Positions 42,156 through 50,528 of a stretch of 64,000 bases of DNA are shown piece after piece. The stretch's first letter is position 1. Each line of letters starts with the position of its first letter. The position numbers were made by a program, and so were the translations under genes. The notes beneath the pieces are model-generated. The model was not told the DNA's origin. It ran no database searches and saw only the letters and a list, made by a program, of their open reading frames with translations. The stretch is from Candidatus Latescibacterota bacterium (GTDB lineage Bacteria; Latescibacterota; UBA2968; GCA-2709665), in the NCBI GenBank assembly GCA_965226795.1, contig CBDDDZ010000002.1:352001-416000 (forward strand), read 5' to 3'.

Positions 42156-42319
42156 TCTGTAGCCTCCTCATATAAATACAGCTGACGGCAAAGTTCAAAG
42201 CCACAGCGGCGGTTCGCCTTCGCGACGAAGAGGAAACCCCGGTCGGACGTTCGTGGGACGGTCGCGATTGGCGTTCCGCCGACACGGCGGCACTTCAAGT
42301 GTTCCGGGCAGTTGGCTTG

Positions 42320-42760
42320 TTAGTCAAACTCGAGCCCAGAAAATGCCCAATACAACAAAAAGAATGCGGTTGCCGAGACCGCCGCCAACACAACAAGGGT
42401 TTTCTCAGAATCAAATTTTCGAATTTCGATGCTCTCGATGTCAGAATAATGCAACGCTAACTCCCGGCTGACATTACCCGGGGCATAATACGTGAAAGTC
42501 GTTACTGTCAGCGACGTTAGACCGACCTTTTCAATAATACCTTCGATAACTTCACCCTTTGTCGGTCCGCGGGTACCGTCGCGAATTCTTATGCGTACAG
42601 CCATACCCTCTTTGAGTTTCCCCAGAACTTGCTCTAGCATCGAAGTCGGATTGTTATCCTCGGAGACCTCGTTCGCACGAACCAGGGGTCGCCATGTACT
42701 GCATCCGACCGTCTGTAACGCAATCGCTACGATCAGGACGATGCTGATGGCGCGCATCAT
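42320..42760 (-). CDS. Tandem lipoprotein paralog 3
   Basis: TVGC lipobox, hydrophobic tail. Confidence 0.85.
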   Translation of the reverse strand: MMRAISIVLIVAIALQTVGCSTWRPLVRANEVSEDNNPTSMLEQVLGKLKEGMAVRIRIRDGTRGPTKGEVIEGIIEKVGLTSLTVTTFTYYAPGNVSRELALHYSDIESIEIRKFDSEKTLVVLAAVSATAFFLLYWAFSGLEFD

Positions 42761-42934
42761 TCTAAAGCCTCCTCACATTGCAACAGAGTGGCGGAGTCGA
42801 TCTAGTCTCGCATGTGCGATTCGACTTCGCAGAGGTCAGGGAACCCTGAGTAGAAGTTCGTGCATCGGTCGCATATGGAGTGCGTCGCTATATCGGTCCT
42901 TCAGGTGTCACGGGCAGCTGTTGTTTTGGTCCAA

Positions 42935-43372
42935 CTAGAACCCCAAAAGTGCAAGGCGTAAGAGATAGTAACTCAATATCGTTCCGGCTGCAAGACCCGC
43001 CATAAAACCCTTCGATACACCGGAAGTTGCACGAAATTCAATACTCACGATGGAAGAATAATGCAACGTCACGTCCCAGCTTGTATTGATGATTCCATAA
43101 AACGTCTTAGGGATTACTGTCACCGACGATGGGCCGACCTTCTTAATGATTCCCTCGATAACTCGACCTCTGATCGGCGCAGGGGTATCCGGCCGAACCC
43201 TAATCCTTACGCGCATGCCCTCATTGAAATTCCAAGGAAATTGTCCTCGCATCGAAGACTTTCCGTTTTCGTCGGGGTCTTCGTTCACACGAGCCAGGGG
43301 CTGCCATGTACTACAACCGACCGTTTGCAGCGCAACCGCTGCGATCAGGACGACACTGATGGCGCGTATCAT
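42935..43372 (-). CDS. Tandem lipoprotein paralog 2
   Basis: TVGC lipobox, GFMAGLAAG tail. Confidence 0.85.
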   Translation of the reverse strand: MIRAISVVLIAAVALQTVGCSTWQPLARVNEDPDENGKSSMRGQFPWNFNEGMRVRIRVRPDTPAPIRGRVIEGIIKKVGPSSVTVIPKTFYGIINTSWDVTLHYSSIVSIEFRATSGVSKGFMAGLAAGTILSYYLLRLALLGF

Positions 43373-43548
43373 TCTATAGTCTCCTCACATTTCGACAGAG
43401 TGACGGCGCTGTTCCAAGCCATGGGGGCAGTAATTCTTCTCGACTGCCAGGAAACGACGGACGCACGACTGAGAGGTGATCGCAAATGGGGTGCGTCGGC
43501 AATTATATTCTTCAGGAGCTCCTGCGTTGGCGTTATGTAAGTATTATT

Positions 43549-43983
43549 CTAACCCTGATGTCCGACAGCAAACAACACGAAGCCCAACCAAGCTCCGGCC
43601 GCCACCCCAATAGTGACGTGAGTTAAACCACGATTGAATTCGCGATTTTCGATGTACAAAATGTCAGCAAAATGCAACCTGAACTCTCTCTTGACCGTAC
43701 CGCGGACATGGTCCGTAATGGGGATCAGGGTCAGCGACTCTTGCCCGATCTCTTCAACTATGCAGTCGATTTCTTGCCCTTTGACCGGCGCAGGGGTACC
43801 CTCGCGAATTGTTATTCTTACAGCCATACCTTCCTTGAGTTTCCCCATAAGTTGCTCACGCATATAGGTCAGTCTGTCATCCTCCGGTACCTCGTTCGCG
43901 CGAGCCAGGGGTCGCCAGGTACTGCATCCGACCGTCTGTAACGCAATCGCTACGATCAGGACGTTGCTGACTGAGCGTATCAT
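43549..43983 (-). CDS. Tandem lipoprotein paralog 1 (first transcribed)
   Basis: TVGC lipobox, GVAAGAWLG tail. Confidence 0.85.
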   Translation of the reverse strand: MIRSVSNVLIVAIALQTVGCSTWRPLARANEVPEDDRLTYMREQLMGKLKEGMAVRITIREGTPAPVKGQEIDCIVEEIGQESLTLIPITDHVRGTVKREFRLHFADILYIENREFNRGLTHVTIGVAAGAWLGFVLFAVGHQG

Positions 43984-44245
43984 TCTGTTGTCTCCTCAGT
44001 TCGTGGGAATACGACAATTCCATAGATCATCGAATCGGCCATTCGTGTGTGTTGGCCGACGGACATCGCGGCGTGAATTCGGGCGTCTAGTCGACGCCTA
44101 AAATTCGAACGGGCGCGGCAGGTTTCACGTAACGTCCTTTGGATGATGGGTTTTCGGTGCGCTCATTGGGGTCAGTACTATCGCCCAAATTGAACAGTAC
44201 TCCCGCTGCTGATTCGATAAGCAGGACATCCGAGATTTTCTACGC

Positions 44246-44282
44246 AATAACGCTTGACGTTATTACCCGAAGTCGCTATGCT
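44246..44282 (+). promoter_or_regulatory. higBA promoter with operator palindrome over the -35
   Basis: TTGACG-N17-TATGCT; AATAACG-N5-CGTTATT at 44246-44264; GTG start 7 nt downstream. Confidence 0.75.
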
Positions 44283-44288
44283 TAACGA

Positions 44289-44571
44289 GTGATCAGATCC
44301 TTCAAGGACATGGAAGCCGAGAGGATATTTCACGGCAGGTTTTCCACCAGGTTACCGCACGATATTCAGCAAAACAGCCGCACGCAAGCTTGAGCCGTTA
44401 AACGCCGCGACGATCCTTGATACCCTTCGAATTCCTCCTGGCAACCGACTTGAAGCGTTATCCCACGATCGACATGGGCAGTATAGCATTCGCATTAACG
44501 ATCAGTGGCGTGTGTATTTCGTGTGGCGTGACGATAATGCCTTTGACGTGGAGATCGTCGATTATCATTAA
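44289..44571 (+). pseudogene. higB: HigB toxin with +1 frameshift (absent from the ORF track)
   Basis: MIRSFKD..., one extra A near 44372, then ARKL...PPGNRLEAL..DR.GQYSIRINDQWR..F.W....DVEIVDYH. Confidence 0.88.
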
Positions 44572-44580
44572 GGAGAGACA

Positions 44581-44880
44581 ATGACCACGCGCGACTTTCC
44601 GCCGATCCATCCGGGTGAGATCCTGTTCGAAGATTTCCTCAAGCCGATGCAGATGAGTCAATATCACCTGGCTAAGGCAATCAATGTGCCGCCACGCCGC
44701 ATCAATGAAATCATTCACGGGAAGCGGCGCATCACTGCAGATACGGCCTTGAGACTGGGCCGCTTCTTTTCAATGGAAGCACAGTTCTGGATGAATCTGC
44801 AAACCCGGCACGACCTTGAAACTGCCCGCGATACCCTGTCTGGCAGGCTGGATCGCGAGGTCCGCATACACACGGCTTAG
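44581..44880 (+). CDS. higA: HigA antitoxin
   Basis: PIHPGEIL.EDFL.P, RINEI..GKR.ITADTALRL, FWMNLQ. Confidence 0.95.
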   Translation: MTTRDFPPIHPGEILFEDFLKPMQMSQYHLAKAINVPPRRINEIIHGKRRITADTALRLGRFFSMEAQFWMNLQTRHDLETARDTLSGRLDREVRIHTA

Positions 44881-44939
44881 AGGAATCCCGGTGAGCTTGG
44901 AATCCAATTTGCTCTCTGGTTTTTCTGCCCTCTTCCGTT

Positions 44940-45851
44940 TCACGTCTCCCCGCATTTACCCTCCATCCCACGCACCGGATACGTCTCTCTGAACCTCTGA
45001 AATTCCATCCATGCATGGTCCGCCGCGTACCCGTTGGGAACCGCCTCGGTTCTTTCGGGGCGCTTGTAAACCACCCGGACGTGAAGCGTTACTGGTTCAT
45101 CCACCCTGAGTCCACCCACCTCCCACGCAAAATCCCAGGCCGGGCTGCTCTGGTCTGGCAGCAACGATTGCCCTGCGCCCGAAGGTGATATGTAGAACCT
45201 GAAGCCGGGATAGTCGTCCGCCATAATCTGGAACATCATCCCGCGGATCATCCCGAAATAGAACGGATAATCAAACGTACGTCCGGAATCCGAGTGGCTG
45301 AAGTTTCGCTGTCCATCCAGAAATGCCGTGGCCGGATCCCTTCCCCAGGGTTCCCGATCGGCCACGTCCGGATCGGTGGGAAAAATCATCGCACCCTGTC
45401 CGTGTACCGGATTGAAATAGTAGGTCCACAGACCCTTTTCGATAAAATGGATACCCTTTTCTGTTGGGGAATTTACATAACAGCACCAGCTGAAAGACGT
45501 GCGGTCCTGCGTCCGGTGCCCGGACCGGGCAGTCGCCGTCATCTCGTAATCGATATAGTGCGGCGCTTGGAGGCGATACGTCCCCCGCGTTTCCACGCAG
45601 TTGTTCGCCTCACATGCCTCATTGAACAGTTCGACCGACACGCCGTCTACCCGCCACACCGAAGGCCGCGTGCCTCTGTGGTGGCCGAAAAGCAGCACGC
45701 CGTTCCCCTGGGACACGGCCGTATGCCTGTCCTTGATCGACGTCAGAAACCAGACCCCGCTGTGTTCGTCCTTTCCTGCACCATGGTCCGTATCGTCCCC
45801 CACAATCGCCCGCAACTCTCCGGCGGATATGAAGTAACAGTGTTCACTCAC
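44940..45851 (-). CDS. Hypothetical protein, aromatic beta-rich (possibly mutarotase-like fold)
   Basis: GTG start with AAGGAG RBS; PHYID, YPFYFG, SPSGAG, PAWDF motifs. Confidence 0.7.
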   Translation of the reverse strand: MSEHCYFISAGELRAIVGDDTDHGAGKDEHSGVWFLTSIKDRHTAVSQGNGVLLFGHHRGTRPSVWRVDGVSVELFNEACEANNCVETRGTYRLQAPHYIDYEMTATARSGHRTQDRTSFSWCCYVNSPTEKGIHFIEKGLWTYYFNPVHGQGAMIFPTDPDVADREPWGRDPATAFLDGQRNFSHSDSGRTFDYPFYFGMIRGMMFQIMADDYPGFRFYISPSGAGQSLLPDQSSPAWDFAWEVGGLRVDEPVTLHVRVVYKRPERTEAVPNGYAADHAWMEFQRFRETYPVRGMEGKCGET

Positions 45852-45945
45852 GATATTCTCCTTGTCTTGTCTGAACCGCGTTGACGTCGCCGCGTTACGT
45901 TGCTCGCGGGCCGGGCGTCGTGCCAATTTTCTCTTCGGACGCCCG

Positions 45946-47439
45946 CTAAAATCGATACGTTGCGACAGCGGATAAGCTACCGTTTCTTCGGGGCGCCAGG
46001 CCGACCGAGAAAGCGGGTGCGCCAGGCAGTTCTCGTGAAATCTGGGACGTGATCGTTGCAGCAATAGTCGTTACAGAGATGTACCCGAGCCATACCTTTG
46101 CAATCCCGGCGTATCCACCCGGCGTGTTCATGAGGACAACAGTGGAAACCGCAGCGCACCCTAACATGCTTCCCGCGAATGTATGTTTGTATCGGTCCCT
46201 GGGATCTAATTTGCTAACAACCCAGGCTGTTGCAGCGGCATGAAGAATGGCGGGTGGGATGACCTCCTTTACCGAAGGATCGGGCGTATTCCCGCCGTAA
46301 AGGTCCGGGTAGTGAATCAGAGCCACGGGTGCGGCCGTAATGGCACCAAATACCGTCCCGAAAATTAACTTTGCGGCGATGCGCTCACCAGAGGCAGCAT
46401 CGCGTCCTGAAGCAAACTCGAAGTAATTTCTCGCTCTTTGAAGGTCCCGCTGATCTCTTGAGACGATGACGGTCACGACGTCATCATAGGCTATTTCCAA
46501 TTTTTCTGGTTGCGCCCAAGTGGCCTTGCCGCCGACCCGGTATTGAATCACAATGCGATCGGCAAATCTGTCAACGATCCTTCCGGTTGCTTTCCGTTTT
46601 GCGCCGCCGGAAACGTAGACGACGTGAACGTACAATCCCTCATTGAGTATAGAAGGGTTCAGGTCCCAGCGTGACATTCTGACGATGCCGCTCTGCGTCC
46701 ACCGCCGCCACCTCTCCACGGCCTGTAAGGTTTTAGCGAATGCGAGTGTGTCGATTTGCGTAGTCTCTATTTTCCACGTTTCCGGCTGTTCGGCCCCTGA
46801 TTTAATCACAATGCCATCCGCATCTATCTCCAGAACCTTTCCGGATGCGGTCCTATTGAGACCTCGCCACGTGTAGACCACGTGTGCATACGATCCGGTC
46901 GCGAGTTTCGAAAGGTCGAGATCTTTACGGGACATGACAGTGATTTTCTCCGCGGCCTGTCTTGCCTCTCGCCACGTTTCCAGCGTGAGCCGATCTTCCG
47001 CGATGGCGAGCATGTCGATGTCGCCAATCGCTATTTTTCCCGTTTCCGATGGCGTGGTCCCGGCTTCAATCACGAGACCATCCGGATCTATCCGCGAAAT
47101 AACGCCCCATGCCGCCCCTTCGATCCCTTCCGTCGTGTATACAACATGCGCATAGGATCCCGTCTTAAGCGTCGAGGGGTCCACTTCTCCGCGCGACATC
47201 ACGGTGATGCCCGTCTCCCCGCTCCGACTGCCGGACCGCTCCTTCTTATCCGCCCCACGATCGTCTTCGGTGTCCTGCTTGTCATTCGCAAATTCTCCGC
47301 GGGACGCGGTACGCGTCGAATTAAATGGCACGTTGCCAGCTGTCTCCGCAGGGGACAGTTGTCGTGCGGCGTCCGAACCGGTCGGAGCGGAGATGGTCGC
47401 TAGGATGGCTGCGAGCAACAACAGCGCGGATGACTTCAT
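45946..47439 (-). CDS. Secreted protein with three internal beta-domain repeats, hydrophobic region and C-terminal aromatic strand
   Basis: Signal peptide; three copies of MSR..LD...L..G.Y.HVVY; ends AVATYRF. Confidence 0.8.
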   Translation of the reverse strand: MKSSALLLLAAILATISAPTGSDAARQLSPAETAGNVPFNSTRTASRGEFANDKQDTEDDRGADKKERSGSRSGETGITVMSRGEVDPSTLKTGSYAHVVYTTEGIEGAAWGVISRIDPDGLVIEAGTTPSETGKIAIGDIDMLAIAEDRLTLETWREARQAAEKITVMSRKDLDLSKLATGSYAHVVYTWRGLNRTASGKVLEIDADGIVIKSGAEQPETWKIETTQIDTLAFAKTLQAVERWRRWTQSGIVRMSRWDLNPSILNEGLYVHVVYVSGGAKRKATGRIVDRFADRIVIQYRVGGKATWAQPEKLEIAYDDVVTVIVSRDQRDLQRARNYFEFASGRDAASGERIAAKLIFGTVFGAITAAPVALIHYPDLYGGNTPDPSVKEVIPPAILHAAATAWVVSKLDPRDRYKHTFAGSMLGCAAVSTVVLMNTPGGYAGIAKVWLGYISVTTIAATITSQISRELPGAPAFSVGLAPRRNGSLSAVATYRF

Positions 47440-47556
47440 GGATTCTCCTCGTTGAAATATTCGGCGTACTGTTTTTGTCGTGGTAGGTTAGAAGCAACTC
47501 TCAGCAGTCAGCTCTATTCGCGAATCAATCAACTCCACCCCCGCACAGTGGCGTGT

Positions 47557-47958
47557 CGAGCCGTTGAGGAAGCACGTGTGAAGGTGGGGCAGACATTCCT
47601 GTCTGCCGTTCTCATCGCCGGTCTCTCGGAATGCAGGCAGAAGAAGGGCTTCCGCCGCTTGTATAGCGTAGGGGCGACCGGCCGGTCGCCCCTACGCGTG
47701 GTCGCGCAGTCGGGCCTTTGCTGGGTTTTCCGCGATCGAGCGGACGAAGCGCCAATACTGTCTTTCGCTGCGTACCATGTGGTAATAGAATTCCTCGAGC
47801 CGGAACGTCTCGGTGACACCCGTGAGTTTAAGTTGATCCAATAGATGGCGCCGTCCCTCTTCGAGTGGGGGAGACGGCGGCGACTCGTGGCGTGCCCGGT
47901 CACAGGATTCTGAGATTTCGGTTTGATGTCTATGAGCAGACAAGAATGTCTGCTCCAC
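47557..47958. repeat. REP-like cluster
   Basis: GTGGGGCAGACATTCCTGTCTGCC at 47584, inverted copy at 47934-47958, GTAG palindrome at 47668; 47557-47650 resembles 39087-39180. Confidence 0.75.
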
Positions 47959-48069
47959 CTTTTCAAGCTTTTGTCCGAATTATCGCTTGCGAGCAGCAAA
48001 TCTTGCGTCTTTCTTCTCACCGCATTTCCCGTCTTTTCTCCGGTCTCCCCTCTTGCCTCTCACCGCCTT

Positions 48070-48690
48070 TTAGAATTCGAACGAGAGCGCGGCGCGTATA
48101 CCTCGGTTCTGTGTGTAGGCGACGTTCGGCTTGAGACCGTGTGGGGAGACTTCGACCCATTTGTCAGACTTGGTTACCGCACCAATGAGAGTGGAAGACA
48201 GAAAAATCGCGGCTGATGCAGACCTGAGATCCAGTATATCCGCTTCGTCCAGAAAAACCCCTGGGAAGAAATAGGCGCCCGCTAGAACAACACCAAATAA
48301 CATTCCTTTTGCCGTGTTTCTGGACCGTTTGATGCTGACTTCGAAATTCTCAACTGAAGACAGCGGCATTCGTTCTTCCCGACCCCGTTCGGATAGGATA
48401 ACAAGTGCGTGTTGATTTACACGGACAAACCGGCCGATGATCGGGCTTTTCGAGATCATCGGCGCTTCGACTCGAACTCTGGCCCTTTCTTTGTGAAGCC
48501 AACGCTCCACAACGCTTTGATCCTTCGAGTCTTTTTTGTAACGCTCGTTGCTATTTGATGAGGGAATGGTAAACCGCCCCGTGATGGGTTCGACCCGCGC
48601 GCCCTTCCGTCGCCCGGATGCACAAGAGAGAACTGGGACCATAATCTGAAAAAGCAGGCTCGCGATCAAAACTACGGCGGTTGACTTCAT
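48070..48690 (-). CDS. Secreted protein, same family (single beta domain)
   Basis: MKSTA signal, RVRVEAP domain, RNTAKG, TLIGA...DKWVEV, ends AALSFEF. Confidence 0.8.
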   Translation of the reverse strand: MKSTAVVLIASLLFQIMVPVLSCASGRRKGARVEPITGRFTIPSSNSNERYKKDSKDQSVVERWLHKERARVRVEAPMISKSPIIGRFVRVNQHALVILSERGREERMPLSSVENFEVSIKRSRNTAKGMLFGVVLAGAYFFPGVFLDEADILDLRSASAAIFLSSTLIGAVTKSDKWVEVSPHGLKPNVAYTQNRGIRAALSFEF

Positions 48691-48894
48691 GGACCCACCT
48701 CTTTGAAATACTCTGCCTACTGCTCTTGTTGACGCAGGTTAGAGGTAAGAGGGTAGAAGGAAGAGGAAAACGCGGTAAACTTGAAGCGCGAGAGATCCCT
48801 GTCGCACCTTTCGTTCTTGGTTTTTTCTCACATCTTACTTCTCCCCGTCTTTTGCGGTTTTTCTACCCTCTTCCGTCTCCCCTCTCAACGCCTT

Positions 48895-50115
48895 TTAGAA
48901 TTCGAATGACACCGCGGCTCCCAGTCCTCTGTTCTTTGAGGGGTCGACGTTAACGTTGAGACCCTTGATTGGAACGTCAACCCATCTGTCGGATTCGATC
49001 CCGGCCCCTATGAGAGTCGAAAGGGCAACTATGGGCAGAGATATGCAAAACCCTGTATATACTGTTCGCAACCACCTATGTCTCCCGGAACTCTTTGCGT
49101 CAACATAAACGACGGGAGCAAGGACACCTAGTCCCAGCAGAAAACCGATTCCCAAACCCTTTATTGTATTTCGATTGCGACCGATGTTTATTTCGAAATT
49201 GTCGATCGAATATATGGGTACCCTGAAGACTTCGTGCCTGGATAGGCCGACGCCAATAACGAGCGTATCCTGACTCACATCAAGCAGCCTGCCAACCAAT
49301 GATTTAGCGTCAGACCCCCTATTCGCGGACCTCGACGCGTTGAATCGGATCCTGGGATTCAACGGCAGGTGTCGTATGACTTGCCTCGCATGTCTCCATC
49401 CCGTTATGTCGCCCCGATTCTCCGCGGCAACGACGATAACTATATCGTCGTGTGCAATTCTTCCATCTGCCCAGAATTGGTCCCCACCCGCGTAATTGGA
49501 TCGGATCACAACATGTTCCGCGTCAATATCGGTTATCTTGGTCAGTCTGGCTCTCGTTCCATCCTCGAATTTATAGACCAAGTACGCATGCCAACCCTTT
49601 TTGAGCTTCGACAGGTCAAGATTGCCCTGTGACATTATGAGGAAGCGGCCTTGTGCACGCCTCTGCCATCTTTCAAGCGCTCGCCGGTCTTTGGCGACCA
49701 CGAGTGTGTCTATGTCGGCATATTGTACTTTTTCTTTTCTCGGGACTGTTGACGTTGATTTAATCCCAATACCGTCCGGGTAATTGTCGAAGATGACGCC
49801 GGTTGCCGTGCCGGAGGCGCCTTCCTTCCTGTGGATCACGTGCGAGTAGAAGCCCTTCGTTACTTTCGATAGATCCAGGTGCCGCCGTGACATCACCCAA
49901 ACATCCATCTCATACAGCGATCTTATGATCCTTGCCGCATTCTGCGCTGCGCGATCTTCCTCCGACCGCTGCCTGCTCTGAATACTGCCGGCCGCTTTCG
50001 GCCAATCGACGCCATCAGTCTCCTCGCCTTGAAGTTCCTGCGCGGCTATCGAAAAGCCCGGCACCAGGATCTCAATCAACATAATTGCGATCAATGTTAC
50101 GGCGGTTGGCTTCAT
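48895..50115 (-). CDS. Secreted protein, same family
   Basis: Two LDLSK..KG...H repeats, RNTIKGLGIG, TLIGA...DRWVDV, ends AAVSFEF. Confidence 0.8.
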   Translation of the reverse strand: MKPTAVTLIAIMLIEILVPGFSIAAQELQGEETDGVDWPKAAGSIQSRQRSEEDRAAQNAARIIRSLYEMDVWVMSRRHLDLSKVTKGFYSHVIHRKEGASGTATGVIFDNYPDGIGIKSTSTVPRKEKVQYADIDTLVVAKDRRALERWQRRAQGRFLIMSQGNLDLSKLKKGWHAYLVYKFEDGTRARLTKITDIDAEHVVIRSNYAGGDQFWADGRIAHDDIVIVVAAENRGDITGWRHARQVIRHLPLNPRIRFNASRSANRGSDAKSLVGRLLDVSQDTLVIGVGLSRHEVFRVPIYSIDNFEINIGRNRNTIKGLGIGFLLGLGVLAPVVYVDAKSSGRHRWLRTVYTGFCISLPIVALSTLIGAGIESDRWVDVPIKGLNVNVDPSKNRGLGAAVSFEF

Positions 50116-50528
50116 GGATTCACCTCGTTGAAATAGGCTTCGTACTGTCCTCGTCGATGAAGGTAAGAAGTAAGAAGGAAGAGGCGGTCGCCTAGTGGCG
50201 GCGGATCGGTAAAATCCCTATCGTGCCATTCGCGAGCGGGGCAGGCTCAGCCCCGGCCCATGTTCCCTGGCAAAGTGCACTACGAGGTGGGGCTCATTCT
50301 CCCGTCTTCTGTCTCCCGTTTCCCCGCATCTCGGATTTTCCTCCCCTCTCACCTCTCCCCTCTCCCCGCGTTCCTGCTTTTTTCTACCGTCTCCCGTCTA
50401 CCTTCTCCCCGTCTTTGCGGTTTTTCTACCCTCTTCTGTCTCACGTCTCCCCGCATTTGGCGTCTTGCCATTTAGGCTGTTGACCTTTCGACATAGTAAT
50501 AGCGACATCCGGGCGCCCTGGCACACGC

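Noticed and set aside
42153..42319. Stop-codon read-through ORF spanning a spacer
   Set aside because: Open in this spacer, but the frame is not kept in the other spacer I translated (40351-40508) and spacer lengths differ by non-multiples of 3
39741..43548. Array spacers as integron attC sites
   Set aside because: TAAC follows some stops and GTT precedes some RBSs, but the ends are not complementary and there is no integrase in the window
39318..43983. CRISPR array
   Set aside because: The period is ~605 bp and the most conserved part is protein-coding; no cas genes
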